From contig NC_043014.1 of assembly GCF_006345805.1 (NCBI RefSeq), positions 37,882,001 through 37,946,000 on the forward strand: DNA of 64,000 nt, read 5' to 3'. Position numbers and translations under genes: made by a program. Numbering within the stretch: the stretch's first letter is position 1; the number at the start of each line of letters is the position of its first letter. Below, in pieces: positions 1 through 13,240 of the stretch. Source of the stretch: Octopus sinensis (Eukaryota). Under the pieces are notes generated by a model. The model was given only the letters and a program-made list of their open reading frames with translations. It was not told the DNA's origin and made no database searches.

Positions 1-158
1 CGAGCAGAGCATGCCATCAAAGTGACACTGGGGTAAAATATACGAAGCCCAGTATACCCATCATGACTACCCGTCTGATAAGGGTACACCAGGCACATGC
101 ATCACAACTATATGTGCGCGACATGGTGATCTCATATCAAGATAAACAGCACATGACC

Positions 159-205
<47 letters not shown>

Positions 206-757
206 GAGTGTGAGAGCAGTGCATGCCATCAAAGTGACACTGGGTAAAATATACGAAGCCCAGTATACCCATCATCACTAGCCGTCTGATAAGGGTACAC
301 CAGGTACATGCATCACAACCATATGTGCGCGACATGGTGATCTCATATCAAGATAAACAGCGCATGACCTTGCAGGTGGGGACCAGTTAGAATTTTCTTC
401 TGGTCGAGTAACCCATCCCGCTCAAAAGGTCCCTGAATAATGGTTGTTTAAGGATGTTGAACGAAACACCCATTGTTCCAGAGGTGAGTTATCCAAACCT
501 CTAAAAATTCCTTTCAACACATGGCTATGATGCTCCCCCACTACTTCTGCTCGTGATCAGAGATGCACATATCGTCAGCCACTAAGGGACATGCTCAACT
601 GGTTAAGGTCAAACAATTGACAAGCAAATCTGTAGTATTGAGCAGAATATTTGCTGTAGCCCATCTTTTATACCAAGACAAAACATGTACATGGTGACAC
701 TTCCAATCAGTTAAGATCAGAAGCCATGAGAGCCACTGTCTGGTACTGCATCAGGGC

Positions 758-760
<3 letters not shown>
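206..760 (-). mobile_element. ~555-bp non-coding retroposon-like repeat between (TTA)n tracts; truncated tandem copy at 1-160
   Basis: Near-identical to 1-160 and to the revcomp of 54681-55014 and 55081-55666. Confidence 0.8.
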
Positions 761-833
<73 letters not shown>

Positions 834-837
834 CGCA

Positions 838-1270
838 TTGGGTCGATATAATCGACTTAATCCGTTTGTCTGTCTTTGTTTGTCATCTTTGTTTTTAGCC
901 CCTTGTGGGTAGTAAAGAAATAGGTATTTCGTCTGCCGTGACGTTCTGAGTTCAAATTCCGCCGAGGTCGACTTTGCCTTTCATTCTTTCGGGGTCGATT
1001 AAATAAGTACCAGTTACGCACGGGTTTCGATATAATCGACTTAATCCGTTTGTCTGTCCTTGTTTGTCCCCTCTGTGTGTAGCTCCTTATGGGCAGTAAA
1101 GAAATAGAAATAGGTATTTCGTCTGTCGTTATGTTCTGAGTTCAAATTCTGCCGAGGTCGACTTTGCCTTTCATCCCTTCAGAATCAATAAAGTAAGTAC
1201 CAGTTGAGTACTGGGGTCGATGTGATCGACTTCACCCTCTCCACAAAATTCAGGCCTTGTGCCTATAGAA
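838..1270 (+). mobile_element. SINE family A, head-to-tail multimer
   Basis: Box B GAGTTCAAATTCC; junction AAAGAAATA|GGTATTTCGTC twice. Confidence 0.85.
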
Positions 1271-1498
1271 TTAGTTGCGAGATGGCAGAATCGTTACAGC
1301 GCCGGAAAGAGTGCTTAACGGAATTTCTTCCGGCTTTAAGTTTTGGGTTCAAATACTGCCGAGACTGGCTTTCTCTTTCACCCTTTCAGGGTCAATGGAA
1401 CTAAGTACTGGTAGAACACTACGGTCAATGTAATCGACTAGTGCCCTTCCCCAAAATTTCGGGCCTTGTGCCTATAATATAAAGGATTATTGTTATTA

Positions 1499-1546
<48 letters not shown>

Positions 1547-1776
1547 GGCGGCGAGCTGGCAGAATCGTTAGCACGCCGGGCGAAATACGTAGCCGTATTT
1601 CGTCTGCCGTTGCGTTCTGAGTTCAAATTCCGCCGAGGTCGACTTTGCCTTTCATCCTTTCGAGGTCGATAAATTAAGTATCAGTTACGCACTGGGGTCG
1701 ATGTAATCGACTTAATCCGTCTGTCTGTCCTTGTTTGTCCCCTCTATGTTTAGCCCCTTGTGGGTAGTAAAGAAAC
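1547..1776 (+). mobile_element. SINE family A (tRNA-derived), full length; further copies ~2349-2762, 3500-3728, 8330-8790, 19431-19880, 29681-29911, 44681-44909 (+)
   Basis: GGCGGCGAGCTGGCAGAA head, box B, shared body and AAAGAAA(T/C)A end. Confidence 0.9.
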
Positions 1777-3998
1777 ATATTATTATTATTATTATTTACT
1801 TTTTACATAGTCGGACATGCTTTTGTCTCGTCCCTTGAAGTAAGGGATTGTCACTCAATGAAACAGTGTTCTATTGGACTTACTCGTACATAAATAGCGA
1901 CTGAAAGTTTGCTGTCAACCTATTCAGAGTCGAGACTAAGAAAAATAAGTTTGTTAGTAATTATTAAAAAAAAATTATCCCTTATTTTCTTATTCAGTTT
2001 ATTTGCAGACAGAAAAATGGCCGTGAGAGATCTTAACCATGCCCTAAAACGAAAATTGACAATGAAGAAAATAGTGCAGTTCATAAACAGAAATGTAAAA
2101 GAATAGCAATTTAATTATACAGCAAGATTTTAATGCTAAACATGGACATAAAAGGCAATAATATTTTAACTAAAAATGCTATCGTGAATACCTTGAGGGG
2201 AAATGGTGTCACCAAGAACAACAACAATAATAATTATGACAATAACAATAACAACAACCGTCACATACAATCTTTGCCAAACGGAAACATTTGAATTCGA
2301 ATCATTTGTTGAATGCGATCTGCACGTTACTAGAAACTGTTTCTCTAAGGCGGCGAGCTGGCAGAAACGTTAGCACGCCGGGCGAAATGCTTAGCGGTAT
2401 TTCGTCTGCCGTTACGTTCTGTGTTCAAATTCCACCGAGGTCGACTTTGCCTTTCATCCTTTCGGGGTCGATAAATTAAGTACCAGTTAAGCACTGGGAT
2501 CAATATAATCGACTTAATCCGTTTGTCTGTCTTTGTTTGTCCCTTCTGTGTGTAGCCCCTTGTGGGCAGTAAAGAAATAAGTATTTCGTCAGCCGTTACG
2601 TTCTGAGTTCAAATTCCACCGTGGTCGACTTTGCCTTTCATCCTTTCGGGGTCGATAAATTAAGTACCAGTTACGCACTGGGGTCGTTGTAATCGACTTA
2701 ATCCGTTTGTCTTTCCTTGTTTGTCCCCTCTATGTTTAACCCCTTGTGAGCAATAAAGAAATAAGAAACTGTTTCCCTTTGACAAATACACACACAGGTG
2801 GGAGAAGAGAAACAATTTTTCTTTCTGTTCACTCGCCCTCTCTCAAAATGGAATCGTTTTCAAATGCTTTCACAAAAAGAGCTGCAAGAAACCTGTTAGA
2901 TATGTGAAGAAAGATCATCTCCCAGCGGGGTATAGATACGGGGTTGCCTGCATAGTTTTGTTTTAGCTCAGTTACATAGACTCCTCTCCCTGCCGGACGG
3001 GCAGAGATATCAAAGCACCGGCCCGCTCTTACATTCGTGTCCCGGTATTTTTGGCACAGAAATAAACACAAGAGTGTCGTTCAAATGCGTTGACACCGGG
3101 ATTCTTTAAGCTTTGTATCGCATAATTTATATCGTACAATGAGCAGTCAGTGCAAGAATGATATGAAGCTAAGAGGAGTTAGAATACATTTACAAGTGCT
3201 GATAATCTCTGATAACCACAGAACCATACTTGAGTTGTGCACCGTTGCTGACGCAGAAACGAAAGGTATGATATTCGTGTCATTGGACAAAACGACTAGC
3301 TGTCACACTTGTGAGGTAATGATAACTTGAGGGCATTTCCCTTGAGGAACTGATGAAGACAAAAAAGAAAGGAGGGAGTAACAGACTAACAAACAACAAC
3401 AACGGCAACAGAGTCCAGCCTCCTCTACACTACTGGTCACTACCGGAGTCGGTAGAGAATATCATACTGCCATCAGTGGCAGGAGCCGACCAGGCGGTTG
3501 AGGCGAGTTGGCTGAAACGTTAGCACGCCGGGTGAAATGCGTAGTCGTATTTCGTCTGCCGTTACGTTCTGAGTTCAAATTCCGCCGAGGTCGACTTTGC
3601 CTTTCATCCATTCGGGGTCGATAAATTAAGAACCAGTTACGCACTGGGGTCGATGTAATCGACTTAATCCGTTTGTCTGTCCTTGTTCGTCCCCTCCGTG
3701 TTTAGCCCCTTGTGGGTAGTAAAGAAACAGATACCTTTCACTATGGCCAATGGTGACAGAAAAAAGAAGATGGAGGAAGAGAATGGTCAACAGTAGGCAC
3801 AACAGCAAACAGCACCAAGTCAAGTTCCGAAAGGGATCCAAAAATCCGAATGGGGGAGATGGAGGAAGAGACCCTTTTACTACAGTTCGCTTGCATTTAA
3901 CGTCTCGTTCTGTCGCTCACCCCGACTCCGTTTGTTGTTTTAGTCTTCTTCAACCAGCGTGACCAATGAGACACACATTGCGTTTTATTATATGTAAA

Positions 3999-4063
<65 letters not shown>

Positions 4064-4984
4064 CACCACCACCACCACCACCACCACTACTACTACTATT
4101 ACTACTACTACAGCTGATGCTGAGTAATAGTAGTAGTAGTAGTCGTAGGAGGAGGGATAGCAGGAGGTGGAAAATTTACCATTATCCCTCAAGCTGTCAC
4201 TTGATATATCGGCCACTCGCCCCACTGATTTACCAAACCACCTGCTGGTTACGTAACTATTTAACGTATGGCATATTTTAACTAGCTTGTGTTATGATAC
4301 TTTCTGTTAGCACTTAACTTAGCAGCTTTTCTTCATTTATCCCATTCATTGAGTGCTTTGCTTACAATAACTGAACATTTGTCGTTGAACACTGACATAT
4401 GGACTTCTAATGATGTCTCTTATATGCACTTCCTATATGTATGTATGTATTTGCATATACGTACATACATACATACATACATACATACATAAATACATAC
4501 ATGCATACATACATACATACATACATACATACATACATACATACATACATGCATATATATATACATAATTATATATATATATATATGTATAATATACATA
4601 CATAATTATATATAAATCATATATATATATATATTATATATATATAAATGAATGTTTTTATAATATATGAACGTGAAATACAGGAAGGGCGACACGGAAC
4701 ACAGACAAATCATTCGAAGCCTTCAATCTTCAGTCAGACACCGATCATCATAGCAAATTTCGGCTGTTCAATTCTATATATATATATATACATACACATA
4801 TATCTCTGTGTGTGTGCGTTGTGTATGGGTGTATGCATATATACATACATGTATGTATAAGCTCATATGTATATATATATGCACACATACACACATCAAA
4901 ACATATAGACATATATATATATAATATGTACATATGTACACACACAACACAACACACACCACACACACACATAATATTATATAT

Positions 4985-5130
4985 ATAACGGGAAGCTTAT
5001 GAAAATAGACAAAAGACGAAGGCAGGTGGAATACAAACAACAATTGTATTAATATGGGCGCTCAGGAATATAAATAAACAAGTCTTTTACGTTTCGAGCC
5101 TACGCTCTTCAACAGAAAGATACACAGAAA
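4985..5130 (-). mobile_element. Penelope-like 3' terminal fragment with minimal hammerhead (5083-5120)
   Basis: Revcomp UCUUU-CUGUUGA-A-GAGC-GUAG-GCUC-GAAAC-GUA^AAAGA; homologous to 35246-35445; flanked by TA/CA repeats. Confidence 0.65.
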
Positions 5131-5156
5131 GAAACACACACACACACCACACACAG

Positions 5157-5215
<59 letters not shown>

Positions 5216-5369
5216 TATATATACATGTGTAATATAGTATTCACACCACAATATATGTATGTATGTATGTGCATGCGTTTATGCACATACGCTTGAATCT
5301 AAGTATATGTGTATAAGTGCAAAATTAGTGACTTTTATTTTTGTCCGATGAATTGGTACATTCTTATTC

Positions 5370-5405
<36 letters not shown>

Positions 5406-5466
5406 ACACACACACACACACATACACATACACTCATACACACACACACTCACACACACACACACA

Positions 5467-5503
<37 letters not shown>

Positions 5504-6283
5504 ACGTTTTACTGATTAATATCTTTTATGTGTGGGATGGTTTCTGCCAAAGTGAAGTTTGGCAAGTTAGAGCTTGCTTCTACATTTGGATATAATCATT
5601 ACTGTTAATAGTAAAATATTAGCGTGAGAATGCAATTCAGAGATATGTGCTTCGCCTCTTCTTTCCCCCTCTCTATCTATAACATATATACACTTATATT
5701 TACACAAGTATACACTCCCCACCAAACATATATATATATAATTTTTTCTCTTACAAACTGAAACTAAGACTCTGCCTTTGTCTCGAGTTTCACGCCCTTA
5801 CGATCTTCAGGTGAGAGGTGACAATCGGATGAAACTGGAGTCGCGAGACAAACTTTCGGTTTCAGTTTCAGTAAAAAAAAAATAGCATATCTGGTGCAAC
5901 ATGTATTGAGTATTACTCTCTCATTAGTCCGACATAAACCAATGTATATCATAAATACACACACACACACATATGTGTTTGTGTGTGTCCCCCGAGTATG
6001 ACTTTAATCTGCATCCGGCGGTGAGCTTCCAGTTCGGTAGTTCTGGCTCAGAACGGTAGCACCTGTGAGGGCTCCATCTATGGATCAAATAATTTGAGTA
6101 GGGGTATATTGAGCTCCTCAGTTGCGGTGACAGCAATCAATTTAGGAGAAAGAAAACTCTAGAATTGATATCCTCTTCCAACATGCCCTAAGCCATTACG
6201 GAAAACTATAACTGATAAAAAATAACACGAAGCAACTCATGTTGGCTCGCATTCTGCCGCAAGCGAAGGTAATAGGAAACCGC

Positions 6284-6360
<77 letters not shown>

Positions 6361-6373
6361 TTAAGTATATATG

Positions 6374-7484
6374 CATTTATACTGGTTGTTTCGACTAAAC
6401 GTGACAGCTTGCATAAAAGGAAAAGAAAACAGAATAGCACAGCCAGGAATAAAAGTATTTTACTAATATCAAAAAATATCAACTAGATCAGTGGTTCCCA
6501 AACTTTTTAAAGTCGCAACCCACTATTTATCACACCAGTTTATGACGACCCACTTAAGTCTTGAACTATTTCGATAGACAGCAGTTAATCAAAGCTAATG
6601 CGTAATTTTATAACTTTTTGCGACCCACTAATGCGTAATTTTATAACTTTTTTGCGCCCCCCATCTGTGGGTCGCGACTCATAGTTTGGGAACCACTGAA
6701 CTAGATTATGACTGGGAGATAACAGTTTACACAAGGTAACTACCCTCAGAGTCCACTCCAGATTGAGACGGCTCCGGAACTTGGCGCATACGCTCCTCAC
6801 AGTCTCTGGGAAGATTTTCGAACACCTCCTGATCTTGGCCACCAGCTTGGCTTTGGTGTTGCAGGTAGAGCGGTTGGTGTCTTTCTCAACTGCATCCCAC
6901 ACAAAGTAATCAATGAGATTACATTCCACAGAATCGAGAGGCCAGAAATTGGGGCTGGGGAAGTCGTAGAAAGTATTTGACAACCACTTCTGAATTTCAC
7001 CGAAGGTCTGGTAAGGAACCGAATCCTGCTGCCATACATACGACCTTCGAGCAGCAATCCTCTCCAGCCAAGGTTTGACCACAATCTTCAATAGCTTCCC
7101 ATATCCATCTGAAGTGAGCCTAAGGCCCAGTTCATCAGTGGTGGACGAACTCCAACATGCGGACACAGTCAGAATGCCCGCCGTATCCTTTTCTACTGAC
7201 CACAGCTTCGTAGTCTCCGTTGCAGCGTTTACAGTGTTCACAAAGCGTTGAACAGTAACCATAATGTCGATATTTTAATACCTGGTTTGAATCATCATGA
7301 TTCAGAATACTCTTTGCTGGTAGTCATATGGCTTCCAGTCCTCTATATCAGCTAAATTTTTCTCAACAACGACTTTAATCTTTATGCTCTCCAAAGAAGC
7401 CATTGATTGTTCACCAATACATCAATCTATTCCAAGAAAAGGGAAACATAAAAATCGTCAAATTTTACCCGAACACCCTCTCTA
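6374..7484 (-). mobile_element. Decayed Tc1/mariner (maT-like) transposon with nested hAT MITE
   Basis: YVWQQDSVPYQT...FWPLDSVECNLIDYFVWDAVEK; degenerate TIRs near 6374 and 7484. Confidence 0.8.
6489..6698. mobile_element. hAT-type MITE
   Basis: TIR CAGTGGTTCCCAAACT / AGTTTGGGAACCACTG; 8-bp TSD AACTAGAT. Confidence 0.9.
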
Positions 7485-9563
7485 TATATGATATGTGTGT
7501 GTGCGCGCGCACGTGTGTATAGAAGCCAGTAATTTCGGGGGAAGGGATAAATCGATTATTGCATCGACCTTAGTGTTCAGCTAGTGCTTATTTTATCGAC
7601 TTCGAAAGAATGAAAGCAAAGTCGTCTTCGGCGAAATTTGAACTCAAGTCGTAAATACGGCAGACGAAATACCTATTTCTTTACTACCCACAAGGGGCCA
7701 AACACAGAGGGTACGAACAAGGACAGACAAACGGACGGATTAAGTCGATTATATCAACTCCAGTGCGTAACTGGTACTTATTTAATCGACCCCGAAAGGA
7801 TGAAAGACAAAGTTGACCTCGGCGGAATTTGAACACAGTACGTAGCGGCAGACGAAATACCGCTAAGCATTTCGTCCGACGTTTCTGCCAGCTCGCCGCC
7901 TTAATATTCTTAAATATTATCAGTGTGAGCTGGAATAATCGTTAGCACGCATGACAAAATACTTAGCGGGTTTCCTGCTGACTTTCTTCGAAGATCGGTA
8001 TTGTTTTTCATTATTTCGGGCCGATAAAATAACTTCTAGTTGAGTACTGGGTTCGCTGTTATCGAGTTCCTCCACACCCTAAAATTGCTGGCCTTGAGTT
8101 AAAATTTAAAAAAAACAAAGTCGGTGAGCTGACAAAATTTAAAACCAAAGCGGCGAGCTGACAAATAGCTTAGAGGCGCATCTTCCTGTTCCTTACGTTC
8201 TGAGTTCATATTCTGCTGAAGTCAGCTTTATCTTTCGGAGTCGAGCATGGTGTTGATGAAATCGCCTAACTTCTCCTCCTAACATGGCGAGCTTTCTGCC
8301 AAACTTTGAAGCCATTATCTATGTAAAAGTTAAGGCGGTGAGCTGGCAGAATCGTCAGAATCGTTAGCACGCCGGGCAAAATGCCTAGCGGTATTTCCGT
8401 CGTCGAAGGCGGCGAGCTGGTAAAGAAACGTTAATACGCCGGGCGAAATGCGTAGTCCGTATTTCGTCTGCCGTTACTTTCTGATTCAAATTCCGCCGAG
8501 GTCGACTTTGCCTTCACAATCCTTTTCGGGGTCGATTAATAAGTACCAGTTACGCACTGGGGTCGATAAAATCGACTTATCCGTTTGTCTGTCCTTGTGT
8601 TTGTCTCCTCTGTTTTTAGCCTCTTGTAGGTAGTAAAGAATAGTATTTCGTCCGTCGTTACGTTCTGAGTTCAAATCCCGCCGAGTCGACTTTGCTTTTC
8701 ATCGATAAATTAAGTACTAGTGAAGTCGATATAATCGACAAGTCTCCCGCCCCCGCCCAATTCCAGGCCTTGTGCCTTTTGTAGAAAGGATTATCAGTGT
8801 AAAGTTGCCTTTGTTACTACATAGAGAAGAAGGTCATATTTCATGTTTCATCATAAGCAACACACAATCATACACACGCACATACGCGCATACATACAAG
8901 TATACATACACACGCATGCACACACAGCACCCTATAACACATATATACACACACATTGAGAAGATAATGCACTGAATGAACTTATGCTGTTCAAGAGATT
9001 GATACATTTTGCAAGACGTTTGTCATTTATCTTACGAGGTCTGCCACTAAGATGTTGAGATTGCTAATTTAGTTTTCCTTCAAAACAACGACGCAATGCA
9101 GATGTAAGCCCAAAGTGCAAACAAACTTCAAAGGCGTAGGCAACTTACGTCACGCTAGAAAAGCGTAACATACTTCGACTAACAGAGTCAACATTTTTGT
9201 ACGAAATTTGCAGTAACATTAGCCTCAAAAGAAAAAAAATAAATGGTGCAGTTATATTGGCGAATATGATATGCATTTAGAAAAATATTAGAATTGTTCG
9301 GGGCTTGGAAGGAAGGTACGAAATGAAGCCGATGCAAACTTCAAACTATGAACAATGCTTATGACCCGCAACAGTCACACTCTTTTTTCCGAAAATGCGA
9401 ATGACGTAATTTCGATGAAAAACACTCGTATGTATGTATGTATGTATGTATGTATGTATGTATGTATGTATGTATGTATATACATGTGTGTGTGTATGTG
9501 TGTGTGCGTACGTATGTACTATACATACACCACACAACACACATATATAATATCTATCTAGCC

Positions 9564-9679
<116 letters not shown>

Positions 9680-10336
9680 CGTTAATATCGTCACGCCTCC
9701 TTCCTTCAAACGGGAAGGAAGAGCTATTTTTATCATACTTGTGGCTATGGCGAAAGAATGTATCTGGTGGACGCGCCTGAAAGGATTAGAGGCAAACACT
9801 TTCCTCTCTGGTCAATCTCTCATCAACTTCTTCAAGTATCACTTGAAGAGGAAAGTGAGAGTAGAGAGGCAAGTTTTGTCTAATGAATGTTTTAAAAAAG
9901 TGGGTTGAATGTAGCAAGGATGGCACGTATGAATGACGAAGCCACCTGGACTATGATTCTATGAACCGTAAAAAATTATTACAGAGAGTTGCTTATTTGC
10001 CAAAAAAAAAAAAAAAGAAATATAACATGTGACTTCATTTACCGAGGTTACCGTGGTCTTTTCCGTAGGCTTTTCTTTCCACGGGTAAACCTCACCTGTT
10101 CTCCCCCTTTACACTTCATATTGACATTTCTGTGATAACGATCCCTATTGATCAATTTTTTGCTCTCCCCCCACCTTTTTTTTTTTTTTATTAACCCCTC
10201 CCTTCTTTTGTCCTCTTTCTTTCCTTTTACGATCCCTTTTGATCGAAAACCACCACTCCCTTTTTTACCCAAAAGAAAAGCTCTACCTTGTAATTTGTTC
10301 TATCTGTGTGCAGCCCTGTGTGGCTAATAAAGAAAC
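9680..10336 (+). mobile_element. 5'-truncated Tx1/L1-like LINE 3' end in (TCTA)n
   Basis: MAKECIWWTRLKG...SGQSLINFFKYHLKRKVRVERQVLSNECFKK(W) resembles the Tx1 ORF2 C-terminus; AATAAA near end; (TCTA)n both sides. Confidence 0.65.
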
Positions 10337-10358
10337 ATATCTAGCCATCTATCTAGCC

Positions 10359-10416
<58 letters not shown>

Positions 10417-10448
10417 ATGTGTGTGTATCGATAGTTAGATAAATATAC

Positions 10449-10499
<51 letters not shown>

Positions 10500-10704
10500 A
10501 GATAGATAGATAGATGGATGGATAGACAGACTGATACATAGACAGAGATAGATATAGTTATGTTATATTCTGTTAAGAACGTAGTAAAGTACAGTATAAA
10601 ACTCGTCCACCTGTAACGAATAAATGTCCAACTGTATCCCTTCTTTTAACTCCGACTTATTCACTTTATATATAATATGTATGTATATATATATATATAT
10701 ATAT

Positions 10705-10747
<43 letters not shown>

Positions 10748-12390
10748 ATATATAATCTGTGTGTGTGTACATATATATATATATAGAAATTACTACGATG
10801 ATCCGGTTCTTGACTGAGACTGAGGGGTTCGAATGTCCTGTCCATGTTTATTGTATCGTCTTCTATGAGTTATACGTTCTTGGCATGTTGTATTTTTCTA
10901 CATACCTTAATTATATAATATATATGTACACACACACACACACATATATAAATAAGGAAAGGAATCTGAAAATGCAAGAGTCTTCAAAAAGTATTTATTA
11001 ACCTAACCGGTTTCACTTATTTGAAAAGATTTTCAAAAGTAAAGTGTGAGGTTTTGTGTATCCTCTGTAGTGTCAAAAACTAGTTTACACGAATATATTT
11101 CAATCGAATAAAACAGAGTCTTTGACAAGAAGATAAAATATGTAACAGACCATTGAAAGTTTGGAGTTTTGCAATTACAAACAGAGTTGCAATTCTTCTG
11201 TATAAAATCTTCCTTTTATGTAAAAATGATAAATATTAATGATATATCTTCTAAATGCTCTGACTAACGCAACGCATACGCATTCACACGCACACACACA
11301 TACGCGTACACATACGCCCTAACAAGCGCAACACACGCACATACACACGCACATACACGCATACAAGCACATACAAGCACACATACACACATACACGCAC
11401 ATACAAGCACACATACACACGCATACACACACACAGCACCCTATAACACACATAGACATACGCATACACCTGTATACATGCACACATACACACACCACTC
11501 TGAAAAATGATCACAGACACATGCACAGCCATACACGCACACGCATACACACATACTCACACACACCGCCATGACAACCACAAAACACACACGCACACAC
11601 ACAAATAGAACGCCTAAATACACGCACATTCGTTCACACACACCACCACACACACAGAAACCCCCGCTACCCACATTTCCCAGAAAAATACATACACATA
11701 CCCTTACACGCAAATATACACTATTCTTTACTTATAAGTCACACATATAAACGCACACAATACCTTTTTATTAATCGTCAACTACATTGTGACCTGTGAT
11801 CATTAGCCACCGATACTGCTTTTACACCTGAAAACGAATACTAGATGACATTGGCATTTAAGGGATATATCATTAACATTTATCATGTTTTGGATAAAAG
11901 GAAGATTTTATACAAAATAATTGTAACTCTATTTATAACTGCCAAACTCTAGCCAGATGCAAGACCCTTAGAAGTCAGATCCGAGAACTTTAAATGGTCT
12001 GTTAGATATCTTATTTTCTTGCCAAAGACTCTATTACTTGATCGGCATATATTCATGTAAACTAATTTTCATCTCCTATCACTATAAAAAGTTTTATTAT
12101 TTGATCTGGATGTTTTTATGTAAACTATTTTTGACTCATCACAGGGGCTACACAAAGCCTCAAAACTTTTCTTATCATTGTCAAAGACTCTATCACTTGA
12201 TTTGAATACATTTTTGTAAGTTAATTTTTGATACCATAGAGGATTCATAAAGCCTCACACTTTAGTTTTGAAAATCTTTTTAAATAACTGAAACCGGTTA
12301 AGTTAATAAATATTTTTAAAAGACTCCTGCATTTTCAGATTGTTTTCCATATATTTTTACTCCTGCGGTAACACCCAACTTTACTTTGTG

Positions 12391-12470
<80 letters not shown>

Positions 12471-12717
12471 TGTGTAAATGAGTAATAAAGATGTATAAGC
12501 CTCAATTCATTACGGCCGTTTCGAGCGACTCCTAACTTGGATCGTGTCACCTGCATACACTGCATAAATTTTGGGTGGAAAAAATTTTATGTAGAGTTAT
12601 TAAAATTCAATGTTTTCTTGAAACAAATTCCTATATAGGTTAAGATTTAAATTCCAATATATGAAAAGTTTTCGTTCTACAATATTTTTAAAGGAACGAA
12701 AAAATATCCAGCAAATC

Positions 12718-13240
12718 GACACCAGTGTGTAACTGGTACTTATTTAATCGACCCGAAAGGATGAAAGGCAAAGTCGACCTCGGCGGAATTTGAATTCAGA
12801 ACGTAGCGACAGACGAAATACCTATTTCTTTACTGCCCACAAGGGGCTACACACAGAGGGGACAAACCAGGACAGACAAACGGATTAAGTCGATTACATC
12901 GACCCCAGTGCATAACTGGTACTTAATTTATATCGACCCCGAAAGGATGAAAGGCAAAGTCGACCTCGACGGAATTTGACTCAGAACGTAGCGGCAGACG
13001 AAATACCTGTTTCTTTATTACCCACAAGGGGCTAAGCATAGAGGGGACAAACAGGGACAGACAAACGGATTAAGTCGATTACATCGACCCCAGTGCATAA
13101 CTGGTACTTAATTTATCGACCCCGAAAGGATGAAAGGCAAAGTCGACCTCGGCGGAATTTGAACCCAGAACGTAGCGGCACACGAAATACCGCTAAGCAT
13201 CTCGCCTTGCGTGCTGACGTTTCTGCCAGCTCGCCGCCTT
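12718..13240 (-). mobile_element. SINE family A tandem multimer; other - strand copies ~7530-7900, 47140-47715, 55818-56049
   Basis: Revcomp of family A with the same junctions. Confidence 0.9.

Noticed and set aside
1547-1640. SINE heads as tRNA genes
   Set aside because: Box A and B are present but run into SINE bodies; no complete cloverleaf
2829-3110. Unique GC-richer segments (also 5780-6130, 31265-31495, 50297-50550) as host exons
   Set aside because: No recognisable protein motif or convincing splice-site pair by eye
6585-7262. Intact 225-aa transposase gene
   Set aside because: N-terminal DNA-binding region is missing, catalytic motifs are degenerate, and the C-terminus runs into a hAT MITE
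12490-12545. - strand GCUC-GAAAC-GGCC-GUA hammerhead 3' half
   Set aside because: No CUGANGA core or matching stem I upstream; at most a decayed remnant
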